From positions 1-64,000 of the forward strand of contig JACPCX010000179.1 in assembly GCA_016184305.1 (NCBI GenBank): DNA of 64,000 nt, in the 5' to 3' direction. Shown one piece after another: positions 53,366-63,332 of the stretch. Position numbers and translations under genes: made by a program. Position 1 is the stretch's first letter; every line of letters begins with the position of its first letter. The notes beneath the pieces are model-generated. The model was not told the origin of the DNA. It saw only the letters and a program-made list of their open reading frames with translations, and did no database searches. The DNA comes from Candidatus Rokuibacteriota bacterium. GTDB lineage: Bacteria; Methylomirabilota; Methylomirabilia; Rokubacteriales; CSP1-6.

Positions 53366-54348
53366 GGGGCAGCGTCGCGTTGCGGGTCCTCGTGGCCTGC
53401 GCCGTCCTGGCGGCGCTGCCGCTCTGGGTCCGCACGCCGTCGTACCTGGACGTGCTCATCTACTGCGGCATCTACTCCGTCGTGACCACCGGGCTCTGCC
53501 TCTTGACAGGGTACGCGGGCCAGGTCTCTCTGGGGCAGGCGGCGTTCTACGGCCTCGGCGCCTACGCCTCGGCGATCCTCACGACCAAGGCGGGGCTGCC
53601 GGGCGGGCTGGCCCTCGTGCTGGGGCTCGTGGTGACGGCGGCGGCCGCGTACCTCATCGGCATTCCCATCCTGAAGCTCCGGGGCCACTACCTCGCCATG
53701 GCCACGCTGGCCTTCGGGATCCTCATGTATCTCGCGTTCGTGGAGTTCCGCGACCTGACGGGAGGGCCCTCGGGGATTCCGGGCATTCCGGCGCTCTCGC
53801 TCTTCGGGGTGCGCTTCGACACGGACCTCAAGCGGTACTACCTCACGACCGGGGCAGCGCTGCTCACGCTCCTCGTCGCGCGCAACGTGATCGACTCCCG
53901 CATCGGGCGGGCGCTGCGGGCGCTGCATGGCAGCGAGGTCGCCGCCGAGACGCTGGGCGTGAACACGACGCGCGCGAAGCTGCAGGTGTTCGCGCTGTCG
54001 GCGGCCATGGCGAGCCTCGCGGGGAGCCTCTACGCCCACCACCTGGGGCTGGTGAGCCCTCCCGCGTTCGGGTTCGTGGTCTCGGTGGAGTTCCTCGTCA
54101 TGGCCGCGGTGGGGGGGCTCGCGAGCATCTGGGGGGCGCCCTTCGGGGCGGCGGGGATCACGATCCTCACCGAGGCGATCCGGCGGCTCATGCCGCTCCT
54201 CCTCTCCGGTGCCTCCGGCGAGCACGAGGTCATCGCCTACGGAATCATCCTCGTCCTGATCATGATCTTCATGCCCGAGGGGCTGGTGGCGGGGGTCGGC
54301 GCCGCGATCCGAGCCGGCAGGCGCGCGGGAGCGGCCTCGCGTGGCTGA
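53362..54348 (+). CDS. LivM-like ABC permease
   Basis: GYAGQVSLGQAAFYGLGAY, LRGHYLAMATLAF, SRIGRALRA. Confidence 0.9.
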   Translation: MRGSVALRVLVACAVLAALPLWVRTPSYLDVLIYCGIYSVVTTGLCLLTGYAGQVSLGQAAFYGLGAYASAILTTKAGLPGGLALVLGLVVTAAAAYLIGIPILKLRGHYLAMATLAFGILMYLAFVEFRDLTGGPSGIPGIPALSLFGVRFDTDLKRYYLTTGAALLTLLVARNVIDSRIGRALRALHGSEVAAETLGVNTTRAKLQVFALSAAMASLAGSLYAHHLGLVSPPAFGFVVSVEFLVMAAVGGLASIWGAPFGAAGITILTEAIRRLMPLLLSGASGEHEVIAYGIILVLIMIFMPEGLVAGVGAAIRAGRRAGAASRG

Positions 54349-55114
54349 GCGGCTGCTGGAGGTGTCGAGCGCGAGGAAGCGGTTCGGCGGCGTGGTCGCC
54401 GTGGCCGGGGTCTCCTTTGGCGTCAAGGAGGGACAGGTCCGTGCCCTGATCGGCCCCAACGGCGCGGGAAAGACGACCCTCTTCAACCTCATCACGGGCC
54501 TCATGCCGCTGGACCACGGGGAGATCAGCTTCCGGGGTGAGCCGCTCAACGGGCTCGGGACCTGGGAGCGGGCGCGCCGCGGGATCGCCCGGACGTTCCA
54601 GAACCTGCAGGTCTTCGGCAACATGTCGGTGTGGGAGAACGTGATGGTGGGGCGCCACCGCACCGGGCGGGCGGGGCTGCTGGACGCGGCCTTCGTGAGC
54701 CCGCGGGCCCGGCGCGAGGAGCGGCTGATCCGGGAGCGGGCGCTTCAGGAGCTCACCTTCGTCGGGCTCGAGGCGCGGCGAGACGATCCCGCGGCCAGCC
54801 TGCCCTTCGGGCAGCAGCGCCTGCTGGAAATCGCGCGCTGCCTGGCGGCCGAGCCCACGCTGCTCCTCCTGGACGAGCCGGCGGCGGGGCTGCACGGGGG
54901 CGAGTCGGAGCGGCTGGGGGAGCTGATCCTCGAGATCCGACGGCGCGGGATCACGGTGCTGCTGGTGGAGCACCTGATGGACCTCGTCATGCGGATCTCC
55001 GATGAAGTGACGGTGCTCAACTACGGCGAGGTGCTGGCCGAGGGCCCCCCCGCTGCGATCCAGAGCGACCCGGCCGTCATCGAGGCCTATCTCGGAGTGG
55101 ATGCCGATGCTTGA
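54341..55114 (+). CDS. LivG-like ABC ATPase
   Basis: [30 protein letters not shown]. Confidence 0.92.
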   Translation: MAERLLEVSSARKRFGGVVAVAGVSFGVKEGQVRALIGPNGAGKTTLFNLITGLMPLDHGEISFRGEPLNGLGTWERARRGIARTFQNLQVFGNMSVWENVMVGRHRTGRAGLLDAAFVSPRARREERLIRERALQELTFVGLEARRDDPAASLPFGQQRLLEIARCLAAEPTLLLLDEPAAGLHGGESERLGELILEIRRRGITVLLVEHLMDLVMRISDEVTVLNYGEVLAEGPPAAIQSDPAVIEAYLGVDADA

Positions 55115-55838
55115 GGTGACGGGCCTCTCGGTCGCCTACGGAGCCATCCAGGCGCTGCGGGGCGTCAGCCTGCGCGTCGAGAAGGGCTCGGTGGTCGCAC
55201 TCATCGGGGCCAACGGGGCAGGGAAGACGACGCTTCTCCGGGCGATCTCGGGGCTGCTGGCCCCGCGCGAGGGGGGCATCCGCTTCGACGGCCGGGAGAT
55301 CGAGGGACTCCGGGCCGAGGAGATCGTCCGGCTGGGGATCTCGCAGGCCGCGGAGGGACGCCAGAACTTCTCGGGCCTCTCCGTGCGGGACAACCTCCTG
55401 GTGGGTGCGTTCCCCGTGTACCGATTCGGCGCCCGGCAGCGCATCGAGGCCGACATGGAGCGGGTCTTCGACATCTTTCCCCGGCTTCGGGAGCGCGCGG
55501 CGCAGCTGGCGGGCACGCTGTCCGGCGGCGAGCAGCAGATGCTCGCCATCGGCCGGGTGCTCATGGCCCGCCCGCGACTCGTCCTTCTGGATGAGCCTTC
55601 CCTGGGGCTGGCCCCGCGGATCGTCGCCGAGATCCTCGACCAGATCGGTAAGCTGCGGCAGGCCGGCACCACCGTGCTCCTCGTGGAGCAGAACGCCCGC
55701 GGGGCGCTCGGCATCGCCGATCGCGCCTACGTGCTCGAGTCCGGCCGGGTGGTCCTCGAGGGCGACGCCCGGGCGCTCAGGCAGGATCCCCGGGTGCAGA
55801 GCGCCTACCTCGGGCGCTCGTGGCAGGAGAGCGCATGA
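55101..55838 (+). CDS. LivF-like ABC ATPase
   Basis: GANGAGKTT, FPRL.ER, LSGGEQQM, DEPSLGLAP. Confidence 0.92.
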   Translation: MPMLEVTGLSVAYGAIQALRGVSLRVEKGSVVALIGANGAGKTTLLRAISGLLAPREGGIRFDGREIEGLRAEEIVRLGISQAAEGRQNFSGLSVRDNLLVGAFPVYRFGARQRIEADMERVFDIFPRLRERAAQLAGTLSGGEQQMLAIGRVLMARPRLVLLDEPSLGLAPRIVAEILDQIGKLRQAGTTVLLVEQNARGALGIADRAYVLESGRVVLEGDARALRQDPRVQSAYLGRSWQESA

Positions 55839-56314
55839 CGCGTCGCGATGCGTCGGGCGTCCCCGCCGCGCTCAAGGCGCGGCTCGAGAGCGAGCCCTGG
55901 GCGCATGCGCTCGGCGTCGAGTTCGAGGAGATCGGCCCCGGCTACTGCCGGGTGGCGCTCACGCTGCAGCCGCATATGCTGAACTACCTGGGCTACCCTC
56001 ACGGCGGGGTGATCTTCTCCCTGGCCGATGTGGCCTTCGGCGCCGCCTGCAACTCTCACGGCGAAACCGCCGTCGCGCTCACCATGACCATCACCTTCCT
56101 GGCGACGGTGGCGCCGGGCTCCCGCCTCATCGCCGAGGGTCAGGAGCGCAGGCAGGGGCGGCGCGCGGGGTTCTACGACATCCGGGTCCGCACCGCCGGC
56201 GGCGCGCCCGTGGCATCCGTGAGCTGTCTCTCCCACCGGGTGACGAAACGAGCGGTGAGCCCGTGGAGCACGCAGTCACCTTCCACTGGGCCAGGCGCTA
56301 CCCGTACCCCATGA
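55835..56314 (+). CDS. paaI: PaaI-family hotdog acyl-CoA thioesterase
   Basis: MLN..G..HGGVIFSLAD.AF..ACNSHG. Confidence 0.8.
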   Translation: MTRRDASGVPAALKARLESEPWAHALGVEFEEIGPGYCRVALTLQPHMLNYLGYPHGGVIFSLADVAFGAACNSHGETAVALTMTITFLATVAPGSRLIAEGQERRQGRRAGFYDIRVRTAGGAPVASVSCLSHRVTKRAVSPWSTQSPSTGPGATRTP

Positions 56315-56354
56315 TACTCTTCCGCTCGGAAGCCCCCCCCGGCAGCATGGACGC

Positions 56355-56559
56355 TCCGATGAGGGCCGAAGGCCCGAAGAGGCCGAACCGCCACCCGTGA
56401 TCCTCCACGTTCAACCGAGACAATCCGATGAGGGCCGAAGGCCCGAAGAGGCCGAACCGCCACCCGTGATCCTCCACGTTCAACCGAGACAATCCGATGA
56501 GGCCCGAAGGCCCGAAGAGGCCGAACCGCCACCCGTGATCCTCCACGTTCAACCGAGAC
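56355..56559 (+). repeat. Repeat family A: three near-identical tandem 69 bp units
   Basis: tccgatgagg(g/c)ccgaaggcccgaagaggccgaaccgccacccgtgatcctccacgttcaaccgagac at 56355, 56424, 56493. Confidence 0.97.
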
Positions 56560-56564
56560 GATAA

Positions 56565-58637
56565 ATGTCCCAGTACCGCATCGGGTTCGACGTCGGCGGA
56601 ACGTTCACGGACTTCGTGCTCCAGACGCCCACGGGCGATCTGCACACCGCCAAGCGGCTGACGACTTACCCCGATCCCTCGGAGGCCTGCCTCGCCGGCC
56701 TCGACGACGTGCTGGCTCGCGCGGACTGCGCCTGGGCGCAACTCGGACAGGCTGTCCACGGCACCACCATCGGGTCCAATCTGGTCATCGAGCGCAAGGG
56801 GCGCGATGTCGCGCTGATCACGACGCGGGGTTTCCGCGACGTGCTGATCATCGGGCGCTCCAAGCGGTACCAGGTCTACGACCTCCAGATCGAGAAGCCC
56901 AGGCCCCTCATCCCGCGCCGGCTGATCGCCGAGGTTCCAGAGCGCATGCTGGCGGACGGCGCGGTGCTCGAGGCGCTCGACGAGACCGAGGCCCGTCGGG
57001 TCATCCGCGCGCTGCTGGCGCGAGGAGTGAGGACGCTCGCGATATGCCTGCTCCACGCCTATGTCAATCCCGCCCACGAGCGACGCCTCGCCGAGCTCGT
57101 CGCCGAGGAGGCGCCGGGGATGGTCGTGAGCCTCTCCCACGAGGTGTCGCCGACCTTCAGGGAGTACGAGCGCACCAGCACGACGGTGGTCAACGCGTAC
57201 ATCATGGGCGCCATCCGGGACTACCTGGCGAGCCTGCGCGGGGAGATGGGACGGCGCGGATACGCGGGGCGGCTGTTCATCATGCAGTCCTCGGGGGGCA
57301 TCGCCACGGCCGAGGCCATGGAGCGCTACCCGGTGCGGATGATCGAGTCGGGGCCGGCGGCCGGCACGCTCATGGCGGCCGCCTACGGCGAGCTTGCGGG
57401 CCGGCGGGACCTGATCGCCTTCGACATGGGCGGAACGACGGCCAAGCTCGCGCTCGTCCATGGTGGCCGCCCGCTCATGACCTCGCTCTTCGAGCTCCAC
57501 CGCGTGGGCGGGGCGGCCGGGAGCGGACTGCCCATGAACATCCAGGCCCTCGACCTGGTGGAGATCGGGGCAGGTGGAGGATCCATCGCCACGGCGCGGC
57601 TCGGCGTGGTCGCGGTGGGGCCGGAGAGCGCGTCGTCCACGCCCGGCCCGGCCTGCTACGCGCGAGGAGGGCTTCTGCCCACGGTCACGGATGCCAATCT
57701 GGTCCTGGGCTACCTCAACCCCGACCGCTTCGCCGGCGGGACGATGACGCTCGACGTGGCGAACGCCCGGCGCGCCATCGAGGAGCGTGTCGCCCGACCC
57801 CTGGGCCTCACCCTCTCCGAGGCGGCGTGGGGGATCCATCTGGTGGTCAACAGCAATATGGAGCTTGCGACGCGCGTGGTGTCCATCGAGCGGGGGCATG
57901 ACCCCCGCGACCTCACGCTGGTCGCCTTTGGCGGCTCGGGGCCTGTCCACGGCTGCCGGCTCGCCCAGGCCCTCCGGATCCCGCGGGCCATCTTGCCGGC
58001 GGCCGCAGGGGTGACGGCGGCGCTGGGGCTCTTGTCGGCCGAGGTCAAGTTCGACGTGGCCCGGAGCTACGTGCGGCGGCTCGACGCCGTGGATCTCCGC
58101 CACCTCAACACCATCTACGGCGACATGGAGGCCCAGGCGCTCCAGGTGGTCCGCCAGTCCGCGGTGGAAGGGGAGATGGCGATACAGCGGACCGCCGACC
58201 TGCGCTACGTGGGGCAGGGGTACGAGCTCAACGTGCCGGTGCCGCCGGGCATGCTGGACGAGCGTGAGCTCGCGAGGGTCCGAGAGGCCTTCGACGAGGC
58301 CTACCAGGTGCGCTACGGCGTGGCGGCCCCTCGCGAGCCGGTCGAGGCGGTGACCTGGAAGCTGACCGGCCTGGGCGCCGGACCCCGGCTCACGCTGGCG
58401 CCCGCGCCGCGCATGGGGCGCGCGGACGTGGCGCTCGCCGGCCGGCGCCAGGCCTACTTCCCCGAGAAGGCCGGCTACGTCGACACACCGGTATACGACC
58501 GCTACCGCCTCCCGGCGGGCGCCGAGATCGCGGGGCCGGCCATCGTGGAGGAGCGGGAGTCCACCACGGTGCTTCCGCCGGGCTGCGGCGCCCGGGTGGA
58601 CGACTGGGGCAGCCTCATCGTGGAGGTGGGCTCGTGA
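56565..58637 (+). CDS. Hydantoinase/oxoprolinase subunit A (ATP-binding)
   Basis: DVGGTFTD, HGTT, REYERTSTT, ESGPAAG, DMGGTT, IGAGGGS. Confidence 0.92.
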   Translation: MSQYRIGFDVGGTFTDFVLQTPTGDLHTAKRLTTYPDPSEACLAGLDDVLARADCAWAQLGQAVHGTTIGSNLVIERKGRDVALITTRGFRDVLIIGRSKRYQVYDLQIEKPRPLIPRRLIAEVPERMLADGAVLEALDETEARRVIRALLARGVRTLAICLLHAYVNPAHERRLAELVAEEAPGMVVSLSHEVSPTFREYERTSTTVVNAYIMGAIRDYLASLRGEMGRRGYAGRLFIMQSSGGIATAEAMERYPVRMIESGPAAGTLMAAAYGELAGRRDLIAFDMGGTTAKLALVHGGRPLMTSLFELHRVGGAAGSGLPMNIQALDLVEIGAGGGSIATARLGVVAVGPESASSTPGPACYARGGLLPTVTDANLVLGYLNPDRFAGGTMTLDVANARRAIEERVARPLGLTLSEAAWGIHLVVNSNMELATRVVSIERGHDPRDLTLVAFGGSGPVHGCRLAQALRIPRAILPAAAGVTAALGLLSAEVKFDVARSYVRRLDAVDLRHLNTIYGDMEAQALQVVRQSAVEGEMAIQRTADLRYVGQGYELNVPVPPGMLDERELARVREAFDEAYQVRYGVAAPREPVEAVTWKLTGLGAGPRLTLAPAPRMGRADVALAGRRQAYFPEKAGYVDTPVYDRYRLPAGAEIAGPAIVEERESTTVLPPGCGARVDDWGSLIVEVGS

Positions 58638-60352
58638 CGGTGGCCGTGAACCCGCTGACGCTGTCGGTGATCTGGGGAGCGCTCCAGTCCATCGCCGTCG
58701 AGATCGGCACCACGGTCCACAAGACCGCCTACTCCGAGCAGGCGCGCGAGGGACAGGACTTCTCGGTCGCGGTCTTCGATCCCCGGGGACGGATGGTGGC
58801 CCAGGGCCCGTACAGCCCGGGCCACATGGGCGCCATGTCCTTCGCCGTGAAGAACGCGCTCGCCGTTCACCCGGTCGAGACGCTCAGGCCGGGGGATGCC
58901 ATCCTGCTCAATGACCCGCTCCTTGGCTCGGGCCACTTCCCCGACTTCTTCATCACGCAGCCGGCCTTCCTGGACGGGCGGCTCATCGGCTTCGTGGTCA
59001 ATATCCTCCACCACACGGACGTCGGAGGCCAGCGGCCGGGTAGCCAGGGGGTGGTGGGGATCTTCGACTACTACCAGGAGGGCTTGCGGATCACGCCCAC
59101 CAAGGCCTGGAGCGAGTACCGGGAGAACGAGGCCGTGGTGGGCATCATTGCCGCCAATACGCGAACCCCCGAAAAGGTGCTGGGCGATCTCCGCGCTCAG
59201 CGGAGCGCGCTTCGCGTGGGCGAGCAGCGCCTCGTGGAGCTGGCCGAGCGCTACGGGTCCGATACGCTCGTCGCGGCCATGGAGGAGATTCTCAGCCGAA
59301 CCGAGTCAAGCATGCGATCGGCCATCCAGAACATCCCGGATGGCGTCTATGCGTTCGAGGACTTCATGGACGACTACGGGCCTGGGACGCCGCCGGTCCG
59401 GGTGGCGGTGACGGTGACGGTCCAGGGAGACGATCTGCTGGTGGACTTTGCGGGCTCCAGCCCTCAGACGCCTTCGGGACTCAACTCCTATATCAACTAC
59501 ACCCGCTCTTACTCCTACGCCGCCATCAAGTGCCTCACCGATCCCCTGGGGCCCATGAACGAGGGCGCACTCCGGCCGATCCGCGTCGAAGCCCCGCTCG
59601 GCTCGTTCCTGAATCCCCGCCCTCCCGCGGGCGGAGGGCCTCGGGCCGTCATCTGCTACCGGATCTTCGAGGCGGTGATCGGGGCCCTGGCCTCAGCCTT
59701 GCCCGACCGTGTGGCCGCGGCCTCGTCCCACATGGCGAACCCGACATTCGGCGGCTACGACCCCGCGCGAAAGCGGCGCTTCGTGGCCTACGAGCTGGTG
59801 CTGGGGGGCACGGGGGCGAGAGCCGGGAGGGACGGGGTGGAGGCCATGTGCGCGGCCTTCAACGCCTCCAACATCCCCGTGGAGGCGCAGGAGCAGAACC
59901 ATCCGATCATCGTGGAACGCTTCGAGCTCATCCCCGACTCGGCGGGGCCGGGCAGGTTCCGAGGCGGCTGCGGCATCCGGCGGGACATGAAGTTCCTGGC
60001 CGAGGACGGCAAGCTCACCAACCTCTCCGAGCGGCAGCGCTTCGCCCCGTGGGGGCTGTTCGGGGGAAAGAGCGGACGCCTCGCCCGGACCGTGGTCAAT
60101 CCCGGTGCCGGCGAGCGCGTGGTGCACGGGAAGACCTCCGAGGACTTCGACTGCGGTGACGTGATCTCGTTCCAGCTCTCGGGCTCCGGCGGGTACGGCA
60201 ATCCCCTCGAGCGCGACCCGGCGCGCGTGCTGGACGACGTGCTGGACGGCTACGTGAGTCTCGAGCAGGCGCGGACCGGGTACGGCGTGGTGATCGATCC
60301 GGCGACGATGGCGCTGGACGCGAGGGCGACGGAGGTGCTGAGAGATGGCTAA
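58634..60352 (+). CDS. Hydantoinase/oxoprolinase subunit B
   Basis: NDP..G..H.PD, HHTDVGG, YQEGL, N.PVE..E, DSAGPG..RGG.G, GGYGNP. Confidence 0.92.
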   Translation: MTVAVNPLTLSVIWGALQSIAVEIGTTVHKTAYSEQAREGQDFSVAVFDPRGRMVAQGPYSPGHMGAMSFAVKNALAVHPVETLRPGDAILLNDPLLGSGHFPDFFITQPAFLDGRLIGFVVNILHHTDVGGQRPGSQGVVGIFDYYQEGLRITPTKAWSEYRENEAVVGIIAANTRTPEKVLGDLRAQRSALRVGEQRLVELAERYGSDTLVAAMEEILSRTESSMRSAIQNIPDGVYAFEDFMDDYGPGTPPVRVAVTVTVQGDDLLVDFAGSSPQTPSGLNSYINYTRSYSYAAIKCLTDPLGPMNEGALRPIRVEAPLGSFLNPRPPAGGGPRAVICYRIFEAVIGALASALPDRVAAASSHMANPTFGGYDPARKRRFVAYELVLGGTGARAGRDGVEAMCAAFNASNIPVEAQEQNHPIIVERFELIPDSAGPGRFRGGCGIRRDMKFLAEDGKLTNLSERQRFAPWGLFGGKSGRLARTVVNPGAGERVVHGKTSEDFDCGDVISFQLSGSGGYGNPLERDPARVLDDVLDGYVSLEQARTGYGVVIDPATMALDARATEVLRDG

Positions 60353-60583
60353 TCTCTGGCGGACCGGGCTCCTGGGGGCGGTGGCGGCGGCTTCCTCGGG
60401 CTCGCGGGGCCGGCCCCGGCCGCGGAGGACAGGCCGCGCCAGGGTGGCGAGCTGCTCTTCATCATGCCGGCGGCCGACCCGCCGTCCTACGACGCCCACC
60501 GCGAGGACACCGTCGCGGTGATCCAGGCGGCGGCCCCTCACCACCTCAACCATCAGCCGGACACTGTCTGGCTGGCCGAGTAG
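60345..60583 (+). pseudogene. Remnant of a family-5 (peptide/nickel) ABC substrate-binding protein
   Basis: Frameshifted signal peptide, then PRQGGELLFIMPAADPPSYDAHRED...APH joined directly to a C-terminal-like HLNHQPDTVWLAE*. Confidence 0.7.
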
Positions 60584-60595
60584 GAGGTTCGCTCC

Positions 60596-61054
60596 ATGAC
60601 GTACCAGCCACGCGGCCGGCACTTCGAGGACTTCAAGGTCGGCGAGGTCATCGAGACCTCCGCCCGCACCATCAACCCCGCCGATGTCACCCTCTTCGCG
60701 GGGCTCTCTGGGGACTACAACCCGCTCCACACCGACGAGGAGACGGCGAAGAGGACGCCCTTCGGCTCCCGCATCGCCCACGGCATGCTGACGGTATCCA
60801 TCTCCACGGGGCAGCAGAACCTCACGGGCCTCTTCGAGGGCACGACGCTGGCGCTGCTCGGGATGGACAGGCTGCGCTTCACCGGTCCGGTGAAGTTCGG
60901 CGACACGATCCACACCGAGATGACGGTGCGCGAGGTGAAGGAGTCGTCCAGGCCCGACCGGGGCACGGTGCTGCTGGACGTGGCCGTCAAGAACCAGCGC
61001 GGCGACACCGTCGCCACCTGGGACCAGGCGGTCCTGATGCGGAGGAGAGGCTAA
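60596..61054 (+). CDS. MaoC-family enoyl-CoA hydratase/dehydratase
   Basis: FEDF.VG, FAGLSGDYNPLH, RIAHG, RF..PVKFGDTI. Confidence 0.9.
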   Translation: MTYQPRGRHFEDFKVGEVIETSARTINPADVTLFAGLSGDYNPLHTDEETAKRTPFGSRIAHGMLTVSISTGQQNLTGLFEGTTLALLGMDRLRFTGPVKFGDTIHTEMTVREVKESSRPDRGTVLLDVAVKNQRGDTVATWDQAVLMRRRG

Positions 61055-61687
61055 TGCGCTTCAACGGGAAGGTCGTGCTGGTCACGGGAGCGGGGGCCGG
61101 CATCGGCGAGGCGACGTCACGGCGGTTCGCGCTGGAGGGCGCCCGGGTCGCGGTCAACGACGCCAACGCGGCCGGGGCGGAGCGCGTGGCGAAGGAGATC
61201 GGCGGCGAGGCCATGGCGGTGCCCGGGGACGTCACGAAGACGGCGGAGGTCGCGGCCATGGTGACGCGGGTTGAACGTGAACCTGAAGGGCACCTTCCTT
61301 CCCGCGCAGGCCGTCCTGCCGGGGATGCGGGAGCGCGGGTGGGGGCGCGTCATCACGACGTCCTCCATCGGCTCGCTGGGCAATATCGGCCAGGCCAACT
61401 ACGCCGCGTCCAAGGCAGGGGTGATCGGGCTCACCAAGACGCTGGCGCTCGAGTACGCGAAGTACGGCGTCACGGTGAACTGCATCGCGCCCGGCGCCAC
61501 CATGACGAGCATGCTGGCGGGGGTGCCCGACAAGATCAAGGAACAGATCATCGCCAAGATCCCGGTGGGGCGCATCGCCGACCCCTCGGAGATCGCCGCC
61601 GTGCACTGCTTCCTGGCCTCCGACGAGGCGGCCTTCATCACGGGGCAGGTGCTCTTCGTCGACGGCGGCATGACCGTCGGGATATAG
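61054..61687 (+). pseudogene. FabG-like SDR oxidoreductase with internal deletion and frameshift near 61270
   Basis: TGAGAGIG in one frame; NVNLKG..., YAASK, VN.IAPG, ITGQVL.VDGG in another; NNAG segment absent. Confidence 0.82.
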
Positions 61688-61699
61688 GGGGACACTCCT

Positions 61700-62895
61700 A
61701 TGCGCAAGGTGGCGCTGGTGGGAGCGGGCGTGACGAAGTTCGGGGTCCGCAAGGCGACCTATCGCGATCTCATCTGGGAGGCCGGCAAGGCCTGCTTCGA
61801 CTCGGTGCCGTCGGTCAAGCCGCGCGACCTCGAGGGTCTCGTGGTCGGCTCGGTGATGCCCGAGCGCACGGCGTTCCAGAGTCACATCTCCTCGCTCGCC
61901 GCCGAGGCCCTCGGGATCACGCCCAGCGCGCTGTCGGCGCGCACCGAGCACATGTGCGCCTCGGGCACCGTCGGCATCCGCTACGCCTATGCCTTCATCG
62001 CCGCCGGGCTCGCCGACCTGGTGATGGTCCTCGGCGTCGAGAAGCTCAATCAGCCGGCCGCGGAGGAGGCCATCCTCAACATGGGCACAGGCGTGGACCG
62101 CGACTGGGAGGCCTGCTACGGACTGACGGCGCCACCCTGCTTCGCGCTGGCGGCCCAGAAGCACATGGCGCAGTACGGCACCACGGAGGAGCAGCTGGGC
62201 CTCGTGGGCGTCAAGAACCACGCCCATGCCAGCAAGAACCCGAATGCCCACTTCCAGAAGGGGGTCACGCTGGAGCAGGTGATGGGCTCGCGGATGATCG
62301 CCTCGCCGCTCCGGCTCTTCATGTGCTCCCCCATCACGGACGGGGCTGCCGCGGTGATCCTCGCCTCCGAGGAGCGGGCCCGGGACCTCACGGACTGCCC
62401 CGTGTGGATCCTTGGCACGGGTCAGGCGCTGGACGGCTTCACGCTCACCTCGCTGCATGAGGACTATGCCCACTGGCCCGCCATGAAGCGGGCGTCGCAG
62501 TCGGCCTATCGCATGGCAGGCATCGGCCCCGCGGATGTGGACCTGGCCGAGGTGCACGACTGCTTCGCGATTGCCGAGATCATCGCCTACGAGGAGCTGG
62601 GCTTCTGCCAGAAGGGCGAGGGCGGGCCCTTCGTGGCAACGGGGCGCTCCGACTATGGTGGGGATGTGGTGGTGAACCCGGTGGGGATGTGGTGGTGAAC
62701 CCGAGAGGCGGGCTCATGGGCTGCGGCCACCCACTCGGGGCCACGGGCGTGGCCCAGGCCGCCGAGGTCTACGCCCAGCTCCGTGGCGAGGCGGGGCCGC
62801 GCCAGGTGGCCGACGCCGCGATCGGGCTCACCCACAACAATAGCGGGATGGGGGAGCACGTGGTGATGATCTATGGCCGCGAGGCCGCGTCATGA
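61700..62895 (+). pseudogene. SCP2/DitF-type thiolase frameshifted by a 23 bp duplication
   Basis: E.MCASG, NPNAH, CSPITDG, EVHDCF; GG...GHPLGATG...THN in another frame after the duplicated gtggggatgtggtggtgaacccg. Confidence 0.85.
62658..62703 (+). repeat. Perfect 2 x 23 bp tandem duplication
   Basis: gtggggatgtggtggtgaacccg at 62658 and 62681. Confidence 0.95.
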
Positions 62896-63332
62896 GCTAC
62901 TTCCGCGCCACCGACCCGTTTCCGCTCGAGTCGGCGGACCAGAACAAGCTGCACGAGTTCTACGAGTACCTGGCAGCCAACCGCCTGGTGACGACCGCGT
63001 GCCGGCACTGCCGGCGGCTGTCCTGGCCACCGCGCGGCTTCTGTCCCGAGTGTGTGTCCGACGACATCGAGTGGGTGGACCTGCCCCACGACGGGACCGT
63101 GCACGGCTTCAGCGTCCAGGAAACCGGAGTACCGGCAGGCTTCCAGGCGCCGATCTGCTTCGCCATCGTGAAGGTCGGCGGGCTCCGGATCTTTGGCCCC
63201 ATCCTGGGGGCGGACCCGGCGACGCTCCGCGTCGGCGCGACGGTCCGCTTCGACCCGATTCGCGTGGCGGACGATTCCAGGGGCGGCGCGCGGCACCTCG
63301 TGGCCTTCCGGTCCGCGGCGAGCGACGCATGA
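62892..63332 (+). CDS. DUF35 Zn-ribbon OB-fold protein (thiolase partner)
   Basis: CRHC...[16 protein letters not shown], located next to thiolase. Confidence 0.9.
   Translation: MSYFRATDPFPLESADQNKLHEFYEYLAANRLVTTACRHCRRLSWPPRGFCPECVSDDIEWVDLPHDGTVHGFSVQETGVPAGFQAPICFAIVKVGGLRIFGPILGADPATLRVGATVRFDPIRVADDSRGGARHLVAFRSAASDA

Noticed and set aside
56355..56559. CRISPR array (also 8266-8402 and 38672-38910)
   Set aside because: Units are contiguous with no unique spacers, are 66-79 bp long, and no cas genes are present
61054..62460. 468-aa SDR fusion protein
   Set aside because: Read-through after the deletion frameshift; the sequence beyond about residue 73 is a shadow frame
62641..62710. 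Programmed ribosomal frameshift in the thiolase
   Set aside because: An exact 23 bp duplication explains the shift; no slippery heptamer
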